NCBI RefSeq assembly: GCF_008831285.2
Contig: NC_045138.2
Coordinates: 13,578,001-13,642,000, forward strand
From: Nymphaea colorata
Lineage: Eukaryota
Direction: 5' to 3'
Length of the DNA stretch: 64,000 nt
Shown here: positions 27,714 through 41,215 of the stretch, in pieces
Numbering within the stretch: position 1 is the stretch's first letter
Layout of the letters: each line of letters begins with the position of its first letter
Position numbers and translations under genes: made by a program
Notes under the pieces: model-generated
The model's input: the letters and a program-made list of their open reading frames with translations, nothing else
Told to the model about the DNA's origin: nothing
The model's database searches: none

Positions 27714-30700
27714 ATTTTAAACAAACAAAAACATATATTCATTGTTTATGACTTTATATTAATTAAATATAGATTTAGAAGACAAGACATTCAAAAAATG
27801 AGTCAGCTGTCTCCAAGCCGTGAACCCTACCCATACCCCTGTCCAGATGTATTGACACAGATACGGGTACCAGTGTCCAAATGACTTCAAAGCTCAGATC
27901 TCTCAATTCAAAGAGTACCACTTTACCACCATAGCACCATATTCTGTCCTAATTAACTATAGGGATTTGAGAAGGATTCTGAATAAAAGAGAACCAGCAA
28001 CAATCAAGCATATCCACATGCATCAAAATGAGTACAGTAGTATACATGCATATTTTCTGAAGATATTGAGGAAAGTAGTTGCAAGTCTTTATTAAGGTAA
28101 TTCTACTTTGAAAAGTGACCCCTCATGCAAGCCAGTGAAGTACTGAATTTACCTCTAAGCTCAGTGCGGCCTTCCAGTGATAACTTTGTGAGTTTTGAGA
28201 ATGCAGGTCTTCCATTAAACACGTGAAGTTTACCAGATAATTGCTGATATCCATCAGTGACAGATGACAGTATTGAAGCTTTCAGCAGCATTACAGGACT
28301 ACAGTCAACACTCAGGTCCATTTCACTGATGAGAGGGGAACTTTCCAACAGATTTAACATATTCTTCAAGTTGAGGTGAACATTGTATGAGGCTCTGAAT
28401 ATTCTTAATGACGGAAATGATAGATTTAATAGATTAACTATATCAGAGAAATGCACCCCTGGGCATTTGGAAAAGTTAACTTCACAAACTGCTTCAAAAG
28501 TGGCTGTTTTTAATGACATTTGAGAGAACATAAACTTATCATTTCTCAGACGGTCAAACTCTCTTAAAGATTGCCTCACCCAGTCACTGAAGTTATTTGA
28601 CTTGTATGGAAACTGGAGAAGGGACAGCACAAGCAACGGCCCAGTCACTTGTGGACAGCCTGAAAAGTCCAATTTCTGACAAAGGAAAAGGTGGGAAGTA
28701 ATTTGTTAGGCATGATGGAACTTTTAATACGAACTTTTTAAAAAATATTGATCATCATTAAGTTACATAAAATTAACTGAGTCTCTTTTGAGTAAAAAGG
28801 TTATCTATTTCAAATGGCCTTCTGCAAAAACCATAAAGTAGGTTTATTAATCAGCTTAAAGTTAAAAATAATCAGTCTCAGAAGCCAAATTATTCAACAA
28901 ATAACTTGATTTATTTCAAGGCCTGCTGTTTTAGAATCTTAGCAATCTTCATGGGATTTACAATGTAACCTCTACACAAAGGAGCACAATTCAGGAGTCA
29001 ATGTTGGACATCCATATGATAATATAATTGAACATGTTCATACATACTTGATTGTTTCTACAAATAAAAAGACTTACTCCTCACCAGAAGTGATGTTGTG
29101 GCGAGGAGTTCTTTGCACAGAGGTAAGACTTAGCTAATCAAAGTTTAGTATATTTATTTCATGCTTGAAACAAACAAATCACACCATAGCAAGTAAAGGT
29201 AAAAGGAAAATACATATACATATACATATACCAGTGGCATCCAATCATTAGTCAAAATGCTGTTAAACAGAAAAGAAAGACTAAATGGTGGCCATTGGAA
29301 CATCATCTATGATATATGTTACATGTGTGTTTCATAGAGTGCTTCCAAAGTAAAATGGGTCAACCAAAATACATAAAATTCACAGTGAATTTCAACTTAA
29401 CCAGGAAAATGAAAGCTTGTCCCTCAGCAAGTTGACAGATATTAGTAGAAAACTAAAAATATTATCTAGTTGGATTGTACTTTTTTTTTTCCCCACTAAC
29501 TCCAATTTGTCTCTTTATTCTTATTTTTTATTAGCATTACTTGTTATTTCTAATATACAAGAAAAAATAATAAAAATCAGACGACTGTTTCAGATTCCCA
29601 TAGATGAAATTGTGCTCTTCCATTCATTTTCATATCTAAGGATGCCCTTCATTCACATTTACTGCTTCATTAGTTTAACCTAACTCTTACAGAAAAATCT
29701 AATTTTAAACAGGTAATGAAAGTTTATAAGTCCCTGATGGCATGCCTTTCGGAGACAATAAAATCAGGAGAACCAAGAAACTGTTATTGAGAGTTGGTGG
29801 AGAATTAGAATAAAGAGAGTCCATATCACTTTAAAAGAAGTATAACTCTAAAGAGATTAGAAGAATAAGTTAAAGCCTAGTCAAATTTAATGTCAAACAG
29901 AAAAGGTTCACATAATGGAAAAGACACCAAATATGAAATATAGAAAAAATATGCTGCTAGCACGTGTGACATTGCAGTTCAACACTGTAAAGAGAGAGAA
30001 AAACCTTTGTATTTTGTGTTAACCGAACTTTAAAATTATCATAATCAGCTTCCGATAGGGCACTATTTATCATCATAGGCGGGTTGCTGATAATGTCAAG
30101 TACTAGGTGGATGCTTTTAGCTGCAAACCAGGAGAGACTGGGGAATCCACTTAGTCCTACAAAAGACATAATTTCAGTCAGCCACTGCACTCATGTCAAT
30201 GTGAAGGTGGCAACTATGTTTTTTCCACTAGAGGGTTTCTCAGCAAAAATATTCATTGCCAATGTTCAGTTTCTAGTGAAAAAGCACCAAAAGAATGTAG
30301 TTTCAAGCACTATGCAAATAAGCACATACCTAAGATAAACCCCAAGGGTAAAAGCCCAGGACGAACCTATCCATAACAGAAAGCTGTACATCATTAATTG
30401 TAGGCAAAAGTAACACTTCAACGATCTACGTATCATTGCCTAAAAATGAAGTAGAAAAGGCCAACCATGAAACATACAATAAGAACAAGCCATACACATC
30501 ATGCATCTCCCCGGAGAGAAGATAGTTCAGCCAAAGAGATTAATATTATGGACTCACCTTCTGCATAAGTTCAAAGCAACTGGCCTCAGAGTCTGCAGAT
30601 TGAGGTGAGGAATCAACATTGTTAGTTATCCACGTCACAAGTGCTTCACATAGTTGCTTCTCACTGTCAAGGATTGTTGCGGTCAGCACCATCCAAGAAA

Positions 30701-33700
30701 AAAAGTAAATATAGCTTGGGGATAGTGACACACCTCTCCACTGTTAGTTGTGGATGTTTGATACATGATTCCAGAAAAGAATCGGGAATGCAATCGAAAG
30801 AACTATAAGAAGCAGCCTCTGCCTGTTTAAAACCATTTCAGCTTCCATTGTAACAATTCAAGGAGGATCCATGCAGACACAACCACATTGAAGGACCATC
30901 AACTATACATGCATGTGTGCATTCTGAAAATCAAAACTAAGTACAGGAAAAGAAGAAAAAAACTGATGGCAAGGCAACACCAAACATTCTAATGAATAGT
31001 ATGAGCTAAACACTGAAACAGTAGACAGTTTTTTGTGATTGTAAATCAGTCTCAGAAAAGAGTGTTAACATGTATAATGATTAAGGACTATGGAGTAGGG
31101 GCATGCCCCTCCATGGCTCCATTGGCCCTGCATAACATGTGAAGTTCTACTTGGTCCCAGAAACATGTGCTTTGTCAGTTTGTCATGTGTGGTACCCATA
31201 ACAGGTTCTGCACATCAGCCAACAGCAATTCTGGAGCTAAACTTTCAGTTTATTCATTTCACAATTTGGTTTTGTGATCAATGTGCAAGAATAGAAGTGT
31301 CCAATGCTAAATGTACGTTCAAGTCTTAGTGAACTGAACATGTTTTATGTTTTGCTTCAGACTTTCACTTCATGATTGGAAATTGATATATGTCATACAG
31401 GTGTTCAGAAAATGAAGCATAACTATTTGTGCAATATATATATATATATATAAAGAGAGAGAGAGAGAGAGAGATAGAGAGAAGAATAGTGTATCATGCA
31501 TGCATCTTGGTACAGATGTGACATAAAATGCCCTGTGGCCCCCATGCACAACAGCACTACATGGCAAGTTTGTCCATTAAGGACGATTTTGAACCAGAAC
31601 ATGAATTCCTATCTGCCATTTTGCCCAATCCAAAGGAAAAACATACAATAGAGGAATCTGAAGAATATAAAAGTATATAGATGCATAGGTAAACATATAT
31701 GTTTAATTTTGTGCAAAATATGTCCTGTTTACCAACATCTGAGTACATGATTTTTGTTTTAATTAAAAGAATGACAAATGCATCAGTTCCACACATGCAC
31801 ATGCACACACATATCATGAAGTCCACAGTTGTCGTACATGTACATGCATGTGACAGATTGCATCCTCTTATTGAGATTGCATATGTTGCACATGCCGTCC
31901 AACATACGTCCGTATGAACCCCAACATACATGGAGCAAGTTTTGTACCTACAAAGTTTTGTGCAAGCCAGGCACTGCAGTAGTCAAGAATAAATGGAATT
32001 CCTGCAACCATATTTAATCTATTATTAGAATGAAAATGATTATTAGAAGAAGCAGCACTGAGCATGCAGTCAATCTAATTAAATAGAAGGCTCACCATGC
32101 TCTATGCCAAAGTTCCAAACTACAATAATTTCAGGCAATGATATTTCCAGCGAACCAGAATCATCTACAAACTTTCTTCCACACAACCAGCTTTCACACT
32201 CCAAGCATATTCTTTGTACTCCAAAATACAATGAACCCTGGAAATCAACATGCTTAATAATCCATGAATAGGTAAATCAGCAACTCCAATGCAATGAACA
32301 AGAATTGATATAGACAAGGAAGATACAGGGTTTTGGTCAGACAAAATGCCTGGAGTAATGACTGTCACCACGTGTACAGCCAGGAAAAAGAAAAAAAAAT
32401 GGTATAAGCTCCAAAGTGGAAAGCACATAAGGAAAGAGTTATATAAAGAGGGCGAACATTTGCTTCACTTCTCATGATAGTCCCTTTGCCACTTTCTCCA
32501 ATATTGTTCAATATTCATCATATCTGCCTTTTTTGTATATCTAATCACAAGAACTATGTATTAGTGCCTTTGATAGATGGTTCAACATGCATTCTTCGGT
32601 TTTTTTTCTTTAAGTTTCAATGAAGGGCTAACTAAACAAAAGGAACAGATTACTTGTTCTGTTTCAGCAACAGATATTAAAAAGGCCTCTACTGCTATTT
32701 GAATCATAGATATGCATGCATAAGCTTCCTTTTTTACAACTTCCTGCAAAACGAGGTATTTCAATGCCAGAAACAACCAATTATACTAATAAGATGAGAT
32801 TGTCGTCAGGCAGAGATAAGTTAAGACATAGTTGATATGATATCTCATAATGAAAAAAAAAAATCGGTAGGCCACACTTAGGCAAGTTCGACCTAAGCTA
32901 TAAGTCTAAAACCTAAATTCTGTGGATCATTTAGACATTACCAATGCCTATATAGTACATACAACCCTAAATTGGGAAAACTGGCCACCAGGTAAACAGC
33001 ACAATTACATTAGATTTAACATTTATGTAAACATAGAGCCCCTTTGACAGTTTGGAAGTAGGATTTATGAACAGAAGGATCTAGAATAAGTGCAAGTCTA
33101 ATTGCAAAGTCATCTCACCTCCAACAAGCTAAGAAAATTGGTGAGAGTAAACTCCACTGGATATCCATAAATAAACTGGAGAATGGTTATGAATGACTCT
33201 AGATCCCAACGAACTGAGATGCAGTTCTTGCTTGATTCACTACAACAACAAAGAAACAACATCAAATCAAAAGAAACATAAATTACAGTTTGTAAGCTAT
33301 GTCGTTGCTGAGCCCCACATAGTACAAGACTACAAGTACTGTCAGACATCCTGTAAACTGACTCATTTGCTGGTCATTAAACAGGATGACACGACAACAT
33401 TCATCTCTAAAATTGCTCAATTCGTCAGCACATCAAAAGTGTAAAGAGATGCAATTTACAGAACATATTTTATCAATCTGAGGAACGCAAGATCCTTCTA
33501 GCAAACAGTGAACTGCTGATCTTTATTTTCAGAAGGAGTATGCTATCTCAAAATATGAAAAAGAAAGGTGAAACATTCAGAAGGAGTATGCTATCTCAAA
33601 ATATGAAAAAGAAAGATGAAACAAGCGTGAATTGTAGCTTTAAAATATGAGGCAAACATGCTAGAAAAGTTCCCAAAAAAGCACAAGGACACGCAATTAG

Positions 33701-34417
33701 CTAATTACTACAAGCAGCAAAGGAATGCACATGGATATGCAACCGCAAACGCAATAGCTAGTTGCAAAACTGAATACTTTGAGCAGATCCTGAGCTCTAT
33801 ATCTTACTCAGCAATTGAACTGCCGTCAATTAAGGTGGTGAAATATCAAGCAGCCAAGGTTCATTAATTAACAATTCATGTCGACATTAACAAAGATTCT
33901 GCTAGTCATCAGGCTCGTTGAGTTTCTTTGTTTTTAGTAGTGATGAAAAACTGCAAGAATTCCATTCTCTTTTCTAGACAAGATTTCATTATAACCATAA
34001 CGCGGAACCAAATACCTGTCGACTTTAATTGAATTAGCATGTTCGTATCATGGAAGGTCCATAAAAGATACAATGACGCTAATAGTGCGCCTTCAGTTGA
34101 CCAAGAACTAACCTATAGCTCCCGGATAGAAGTGCCTCGAAGTATCTAGAGCTCTCCATCAACCTTTGTAAAAGAAGATCACGAAAAGGAAAACATCAGA
34201 CAGGAAAAGCGGATAATTGAGCACCGGGGAAGCGGAGAAAGAATGGTCACCGATCGCGATGAGCTCGAATCCTGACAATTCTTGAACTGAGGATGGAACG
34301 GAGATCCCAATCATAGATATCCATGACCGAGAGGAATACTTCCTTGACCGTCGAAGAAGACGAATTCTCGAGTTCTAGCGTAATGAATTCTTCATCATCA
34401 GGAGACTTAGTTGCCAT
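23332..34417 (-). CDS. FBL11: BTB/POZ domain-containing protein FBL11 (BTB + BACK + leucine-rich repeats), ~967 aa
   Basis: 19 exons (minus): 34417-34251, 34163-34113, 33239-33119, 32237-32096, 32001-31952, 30822-30734, 30663-30558, 30366-30330, 30156-30005, 28675-28153, 27216-26935, 26846-26701, 25838-25470, 25393-25150, 25064-25009, 24628-24548, 24024-23980, 23906-23838, 23505-23332; total 2904 nt with phases consistent throughout. Motifs RAHRDRLMESSRYFEALLSGSYSES (BTB), HPQLTVESEKQLCEALVTW (BACK), LDFSGCPQVT, LRLGWGF, LKLQRVTPWMT, LLLRHNGPGIPRNF, HKESIVLEW. Confidence 0.88.
24675..24769. repeat. 45-bp tandem duplication in an FBL11 intron
   Basis: AACAGAAAAAGGTAGAAATAAATGCTTTTCAAACAC(A/G)AACAGTCT at 24675 and 24720. 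Confidence 0.9.
27516..27810. repeat. Tandem duplication: (AT)n plus ~100-bp unique unit, two copies, in FBL11 intron 10
   Basis: AAGATTTTAAAC...AAATGAGTCAGCTGT occurs at ~27579-27678 and ~27711-27810, each preceded by an (AT)n tract (longer in the first copy). Confidence 0.9.
33528..33623. repeat. 48-bp tandem duplication in FBL11 intron 2
   Basis: TTCAGAAGGAGTATGCTATCTCAAAATATGAAAAAGAAAG(G/A)TGAAACA at 33528 and 33576. Confidence 0.9.
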
Positions 34418-35003
34418 CGATTGCGAGCCGCGCTCTCCGACTGAGAAATTCGTAATTATAGACTCTAAGTTATGACATCCGAGGGAGAAAATTCGCAGTT
34501 ATAGATTCTAAGATATGATATCCCAGGGAGACTCCATTGTGCTGCCCCTCTGAAGGCCTCTGAATTTCCAGAGAGCGAGAGGGAGGCAGGGAGGGAGGAA
34601 GAGACGGGGCTACCGCTGCAATGGCGCCTAAATGCACACTCTAGGGATCTCAACGGGTTGGATGAATTCGGATTGAAAATGGATCTGACTTGAGTCCAGC
34701 TTCACATTGGGTTACTGGTGCTGGATCTGGATATGGGCGCTAACGGATTTGTCTTCGGAAAACCAGATCCAGTTGGCGGTTCAGATCTAGAAAACCGGGT
34801 CCTAAAGATGCTATAGTAATCCTCGGTCCGTATGGTCCAGAACCGTAATAGTAATACTAGGGCCAAATTGGATCCAAGACCAGACCCCGTAGGCTCGGAT
34901 CGAGTCGGCCCCGAGCTCAAGCTCCCGAACTCCGCCTCTTTCCTACGTTCCCAAGTCTTCGGCGTCCGTCCTCCCTCTCTCTCACCCTGCCTCCGCCATT
35001 AAC
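34418..35003. promoter_or_regulatory. Short divergent (putative bidirectional) promoter and 5' UTRs shared by FBL11 and HDA9
   Basis: Start codons point away from each other at 34417 (-) and 35004 (+), 586 bp apart; pyrimidine-rich leader tracts on each gene's sense strand (~34575-34605 minus, ~34965-34995 plus). Confidence 0.7.
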
Positions 35004-35040
35004 ATGCCACCCAAGGACAGGATCTCCTACTTCTACGATG

Positions 35041-35074
<34 letters not shown>

Positions 35075-38000
35075 ATATTGAACTTCGAATTGCTTTTCCG
35101 CCAAGTCTGTGGATCGCGGAACGGTTGGTATGATACTCCAACAAATGGAAAAAAGGTGGAGCATAACATGGACGCGGTCTTTTCTGCTCTTTCTTCTTGG
35201 TTATTCTTGATATGGTGCTTCAGTTTTTCGGGTACGACAAAAGAAAAGGCATCGTGGATTTTGTTCTGGATATATGCTGATTTCAGAAAAAACCTAAAAA
35301 CTTTTGGACGCCGATAGCTATCGAAGTATTTAATAGTCTGAGAGCACGCTGCGAATTATGGCCTTAATTTTAGCAGGACGAGTAGTTGTTTGAGTGCAAA
35401 ATTTAGTGTAGTGACAAGCGTTCACTTTTCTAGAGTTAGTATGACGAAATTCTCGGAACCCGGGATTCTTGATTCAGACGAAATTTTGGATAAACGCGTT
35501 CATCAGAAAACCAGGAACATGAGATGTAGTTCTGGTCCAAAAATGAATCTCCTGGACCTTCTTGCTTCTCTGGGACAAGTTGGCGTGCATCGCCTTACGT
35601 AGTCAATTGGTAAGGCGTGTCTACGAAATGCGTCGCTTGATTTCTCTCTCGTCTCACGGGTGCGTGGTCGATGTCGATGATGCTTCTACTGTCTTCTTAC
35701 AACTGTATTCTCATGGTGCTTCACGGAATATAAGGAACCCAGTGTTCCATAAATCTGTCCCAAGGTTCAAGGAACACTGTGTTAGTGTTCCATTAACCAA
35801 ATGGCTCCTTATATATCATTTTGTTACAGCTAGGAAATAGTGATACCAATTCCCACACGCTCTATGCCTGTGACATGCACATTTGACAGATAATAGTGTT
35901 TGGTGAACGACTCGAGCACCTAACTTACTAATTTTCTCCAATGTAAATATTACAGGGGACGTTGGAAGTGTTTATTTTGGACCAAAGCATCCCATGAAGC
36001 CACACCGTATTTGTATGACGCATCACCTTGTTCTTTCTTATGATCTGCACAAGAAAATGGAAATCTATGTCAGTAATCATTGCCTGGCTTTCTTCCCCCA
36101 ACTTTTTACATGTTCAAGCACAGTAGTCTTGATCAGATCTAACCTTTTCTCTGTTTGTTTCAAATTATTGTAGAGGCCTCATAAAGCATATCCTGTGGAG
36201 CTTGCTCAATTTCATTCAGCAGATTATGTTGAGTTTCTGCATCGAATAACACCAGACACCCAACATTTATTCAGAAATGAATTGGCAAAATGTATGGTTT
36301 TGGAGATAATAACAAGTGTTTTCATGCTTTCTTTGATTTATGTTATGGTTCTGCTTAGTCCATGTTCTTCATTCTTCCACATGGTTAGAGGATCATATGG
36401 TCAAACATTGTAATGAGGCAGCAAATCACCCAAGAAATCATATCAAGATCTTTATTGGAGGCAAACACTTCCATAAGAGCACTCAGGGCTCATTCAACAC
36501 AACAGGTCAAAGAGTAAGAACTGAATATTATCGCAGAATTGGCTTAAAAGCTACACTGTGCTTAAAGAAGCGGCTCATCCCCTATATATAGAAAAAGAAA
36601 GAGAGAGAAAGGGGAGATAGTCATTAGCTTGCTTATTACTTACTGGCTGTTGGGACTAGCCAATGACTAGCTGCAGCAGCAGCACCCAAAAAACAGATAA
36701 GAAGATTAAAATAAGAAAAATAAATCACTGAAAACATGAAAATTGACTAATTTAACTAATCCTAAAAGAAATATCCTAATAGTGTATATGTTTAAATCTT
36801 TTACATATGATACATTGTAAGACATGTTACATTATTTTGGGTGTTTTTCTGTCTTAATGTTATCAGTAAATGATGGATAAATGATCAAGTTTTTGGAACT
36901 TTTGAGCATGCTTTGATCTGGGATTCTGGAGGTTCTCTTAATGTGTATTAAGGTGTACATTTCCCACAGAAGAAAGCCGTTCGCTTCTTAATTTTACTGC
37001 TAGGAAATGGTTCTTAACATCTTCAAAAGGGAGAACTTTTTCATATCTCGGATCTACTTTTGTAACACAGTTCCTAACTGGTTCCAAAGAGGAAAACATT
37101 TTCATATCTTGGGTCTAGTATTCATTGGTTTGCACTTTACAGTTGCAGTAACATTGGGAGCACTATTTCTATTGTATGAATTCATTGTTGGCTATCTCAA
37201 TAAATTCCATGTTTAAATTTTGTAAATGTTTATCATACATCATTTTCCATCTGACCTGATTTATCTGCAGATAATCTCGGGGAGGACTGCCCTGTGTTCG
37301 ACAACCTGTTTGAATTTTGCCAAATATATGCTGGTGGCACAATAGGTAGCTGCTGGTTCTGCCTTGATTTTTCTTGAACTGCTTAGATATACATGAAATA
37401 TGGCTATTTTATTAATAGTGACCCAAGGGCTTTTTCACAAACCATAAATTATGCATCAGTAATTTTTTCCAAGCTTCATGTATGAGCTGCTATGTACTGT
37501 CCACATGATGCGTTCTCTCTCTCTCTCTCTCCCCATCTCTTTTGGTATTTGGTTTGTGCAGATGCTGCACGGAGGCTGAACAATAAATTATGTGATATTG
37601 CTATAAATTGGTCTGGCGGACTACATCATGCTAAGAAGTGTGAAGCATCTGGTTTTTGCTATATCAATGACTTGGTGCTCGGGATACTAGAGTTGCTGAA
37701 ATATCATGCCCGGGTTCTATACATTGATATTGATGTACATCATGGTGACGGAGTTGAAGAAGCTTTCTATTTTACAGATAGGTAGTGTTCATTTTAAAGT
37801 TTTTCTTTTGTTTATAGTGCTTTCTTTTAAGGGCTGTTTTTCAGTGAGATGATCACGTTCTCTTAGTCCTTCCTTCTGTAAATGTATTTGTTTTACTGCT
37901 TTCAGTGACATTTTGGACTGATATGATGCCACTGTCATGTGCTTAGTTACTGGATGTCTGTTTCCTATTTCACATTCATTTCTCCTTTTACTGTATTTCA

Positions 38001-41000
38001 TTGTTCTAAATTTACTTTGATTTTTTAGTAAATTTGCTGACGTATTAAATTGGGTCTTGAATGTCTCTTTAATCAGAATGCATCCTGGGACTTTCGACAG
38101 GATGAAATGAGTTACTTGTTTTAACTAAGCGGAGCTGTTTATCGCCTAAAGATGCTGGATTTTGATTTTCTAAGTCGTCACCTTTTCCTGGGATTTTCTC
38201 TAGTTAATGTCATCAGAAACAAAAAACAATTCAAGAATGGGGGCTAGATGCAGATGTAATATATATATTTTATTGGCGTTGAAGTTAAAAATATTGGACC
38301 TCATTATCATGTATTTTATCTTTATAAAAGTTGAATTTTGTGCGGCTGATGTATGTGTCCTTATTCTTACCTTTGTATCTTTATGTTTGCATTGACTTTT
38401 AAACAAAATTTGATCTGGACAGGGTAATGACAGTAAGCTTCCACAAATATGGTGATTTGTTCTTTCCTGGAACAGGTGATGTTAAGGTATAACTTTTGTG
38501 CTAGATTGGCTTAGATACTTGTTTGAATGATTTTATATATGTGTGTGTGTCTATGTGTATGTATGCATGTTTGTATCTGCATGTGTGTGGATGTGTGCGA
38601 GAGAGAGAGAGAGAGAGAGTCCTAGGAGTTTTTTTGTAGTTTTTGTCTGTTGATTTTATAATCTTGGAAAATCTTCATCATATATTTGTGGTTTGATTAT
38701 CTGCATGTGTGTGGATGTGTGCGAGAGAGAGAGAGAGAGAGAGTCCTAGGAGTTTTTTTGTAGTTTTTGTCTGTTGATTTTATAATCTTGGAAAATCTTC
38801 ATCATATATTTGTGGTTTGATTTGTTTGTCTTCCTGTGTTGCATGTATAACTTTGTCCTGAATTTATGGTTCACCCATTTCTTGTCATACTAGACACAGC
38901 GATTGCATAAACTAACAGTATTTTTGCTTTTCATATTCTAGCTCGTTACTCCTCTGTATTTTATCTACATTTATGTTTCACGTGAAGCAAATTTTTCCTT
39001 ATTTTATATATTTTTAACTTGACCGGTTATTTTATTTTATAAAGGATATAGGGGAAAGAGAGGGAACCTATTATGCCATCAATGTGCCCCTCAAAGATGG
39101 AATAGATGATTCTAGTTTTACTCGTCTTTTCAAGACGGTGAGTATTATTAAACTGATTTCCATTGTAGTGCTTACTTTGGTGCTAAGCAGATGAGTTGAA
39201 TCATTGATGCGCTGTGGTAGATTATTGCCAAGGTCGTGGAAACATATCAACCAGGGGTGATAGTTCTCCAATGTGGTGCTGATTCACTTGCTGGGGACCG
39301 CTTAGGCTGCTTCAACCTCTCCATTGATGGTGCTAGTCTTCTAGTAATTAAATCTCTTTCCACATGTCTTGAAGGAATATACTTGCCAAAGCTTAATTGG
39401 ATATAATTAGATTTTAGAGCGTTTGTTTTTCAGTTTCTTCTACTTGTGGTTTGTAGGCTAACCTTATCCTTCTGCATATAGGCCACACAGAATGTGTAAG
39501 GTTCGTGAAGAAATTCAACTTGCCCCTACTGGTGAGCTCTCTATTATGTGAATGTATCTTCATTTGTTGTCATCTATCATCAGCTTTTGTGGCGCTAAAG
39601 GACTTGTTGGGGATTCAAATATTTTAACGAGATATGCACATCTTGCAATATGCTTGTCAGGCAAAACTTAAAAGAGTGGCGACACAAGTATGGTTGTAGC
39701 AGTAATAAGCTCCTATTTGCAGTTGTATTATCTCTACTCTCTGTCCCTTTTCAGGTTACTGGAGGTGGAGGATACACAAAGGAAAATGTTGCACGATGCT
39801 GGGCAGTGGAAACAGGAGTTCTCTTAGACACTGAACTCCCCAATGGTAATGTCATCATTGTTATACTTCCAGATTGGTTCTTCTCTTTCTTGTGCTTCAG
39901 TGTAATTTATAGATATTTTTATTTCGTAGTTCCTCTGACTAGAATGTGTCAAGTCCAAATATCTGGTCCTGATTATGCAGGATTTGGCATTCTTTTCATG
40001 TAATTCTGCCAATTTCTAGGGTCAGATTCTATGATTAATTTGTTCAGCCTCATTTTTGCAGATATTCCAGATAATGAGTACATCAAATATTTTGGTCCAG
40101 ACTACTTGTTGAAGATCCAACACGGAAATATAGTATGAACTTCCCAATTATTACTTAACTTTCAGTTAGCTCTACGGATGTTTTCCCTGTCTATCTTCTT
40201 CAACAAGGATTTCTGCTTATCTTTTTCAACTTTTCAGGAAAACTTAAACAGTAAATCATACCTAAGCACCATCAAAATGCAAGTACTGGAAAATTTGCGT
40301 TGCATACAACATGCTCCTGGAGTTCAGATGCAAGAGGTAAAATTGCTATCTTGTTCTTGTTTTGGAGATTGAAGTTTTAAGTGAATACTTATTCTGTTGT
40401 AAGCCAGCCACAGTTCTGTGACCCAACAACTTTGGCTTAGGGAAGGGGAGGCACAAAAAGGACATAGCTTGCTGAAATGGAGGGTTATCCTTCGTAGCAG
40501 CTGTTAAAAGCAAAAATTTCATGACTGTCCTTCATTTGAATTGGTGTACAGTGTGTAGAACTTTTTCAGTGAGATGATCATGTTCTCTTAGCCTTACATA
40601 CCTCTTGGAAACACAAGCATGAAAGAATGGCATTATGCTTTGTAGTACTTATAAGTTTTGCAAGCTTCTGATTTTTTTCTCTCCTGTTTACTATTGATGC
40701 CAGGTGCCCCCTGATTTTTATATCCCAGACATTGATGAGGATGAGCAAAATCCTGATGAGCGTGTTGATCGTAAGTTTCTTCTTGCTTGGAAACTTTTAA
40801 TTATTAATAGACTACTTGCTTGCATATCAACCTCGAACAGGGGACAAGCAAATAATGTGTTTGCAGTTCTTGGTGATTACCTCTTGTAGCAGTGGTGCAT
40901 GCCAGTAACTTCCGTAATTAGAATAATTGAGTAGTGAATCAGTAAGTGCATGATAGTCCAGTTCTGATCCACCTGGTTCAGATCTCTCCAGTTTGTATCG

Positions 41001-41150
41001 CTTTTTGGTTTAGAAATTGGATCTTTTAAAATCCTTGTGTTTTGAATATCACCTCTTTTTGGGTCTCAGGGTTTCTGTTACTTTTGTTACATCAATCCTA
41101 AGAACGTCTTTTAGGGTAAGGTTCTTACACAACAATCGAGGGGCACCTGG

Positions 41151-41215
<65 letters not shown>

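Noticed and set aside
27374..27884. ORFs with poly-(IY) tracts (27374..27580, 27405..27884, 27428..27610)
   Set aside because: Translations of an (AT)n microsatellite and tandem duplication inside an FBL11 intron.
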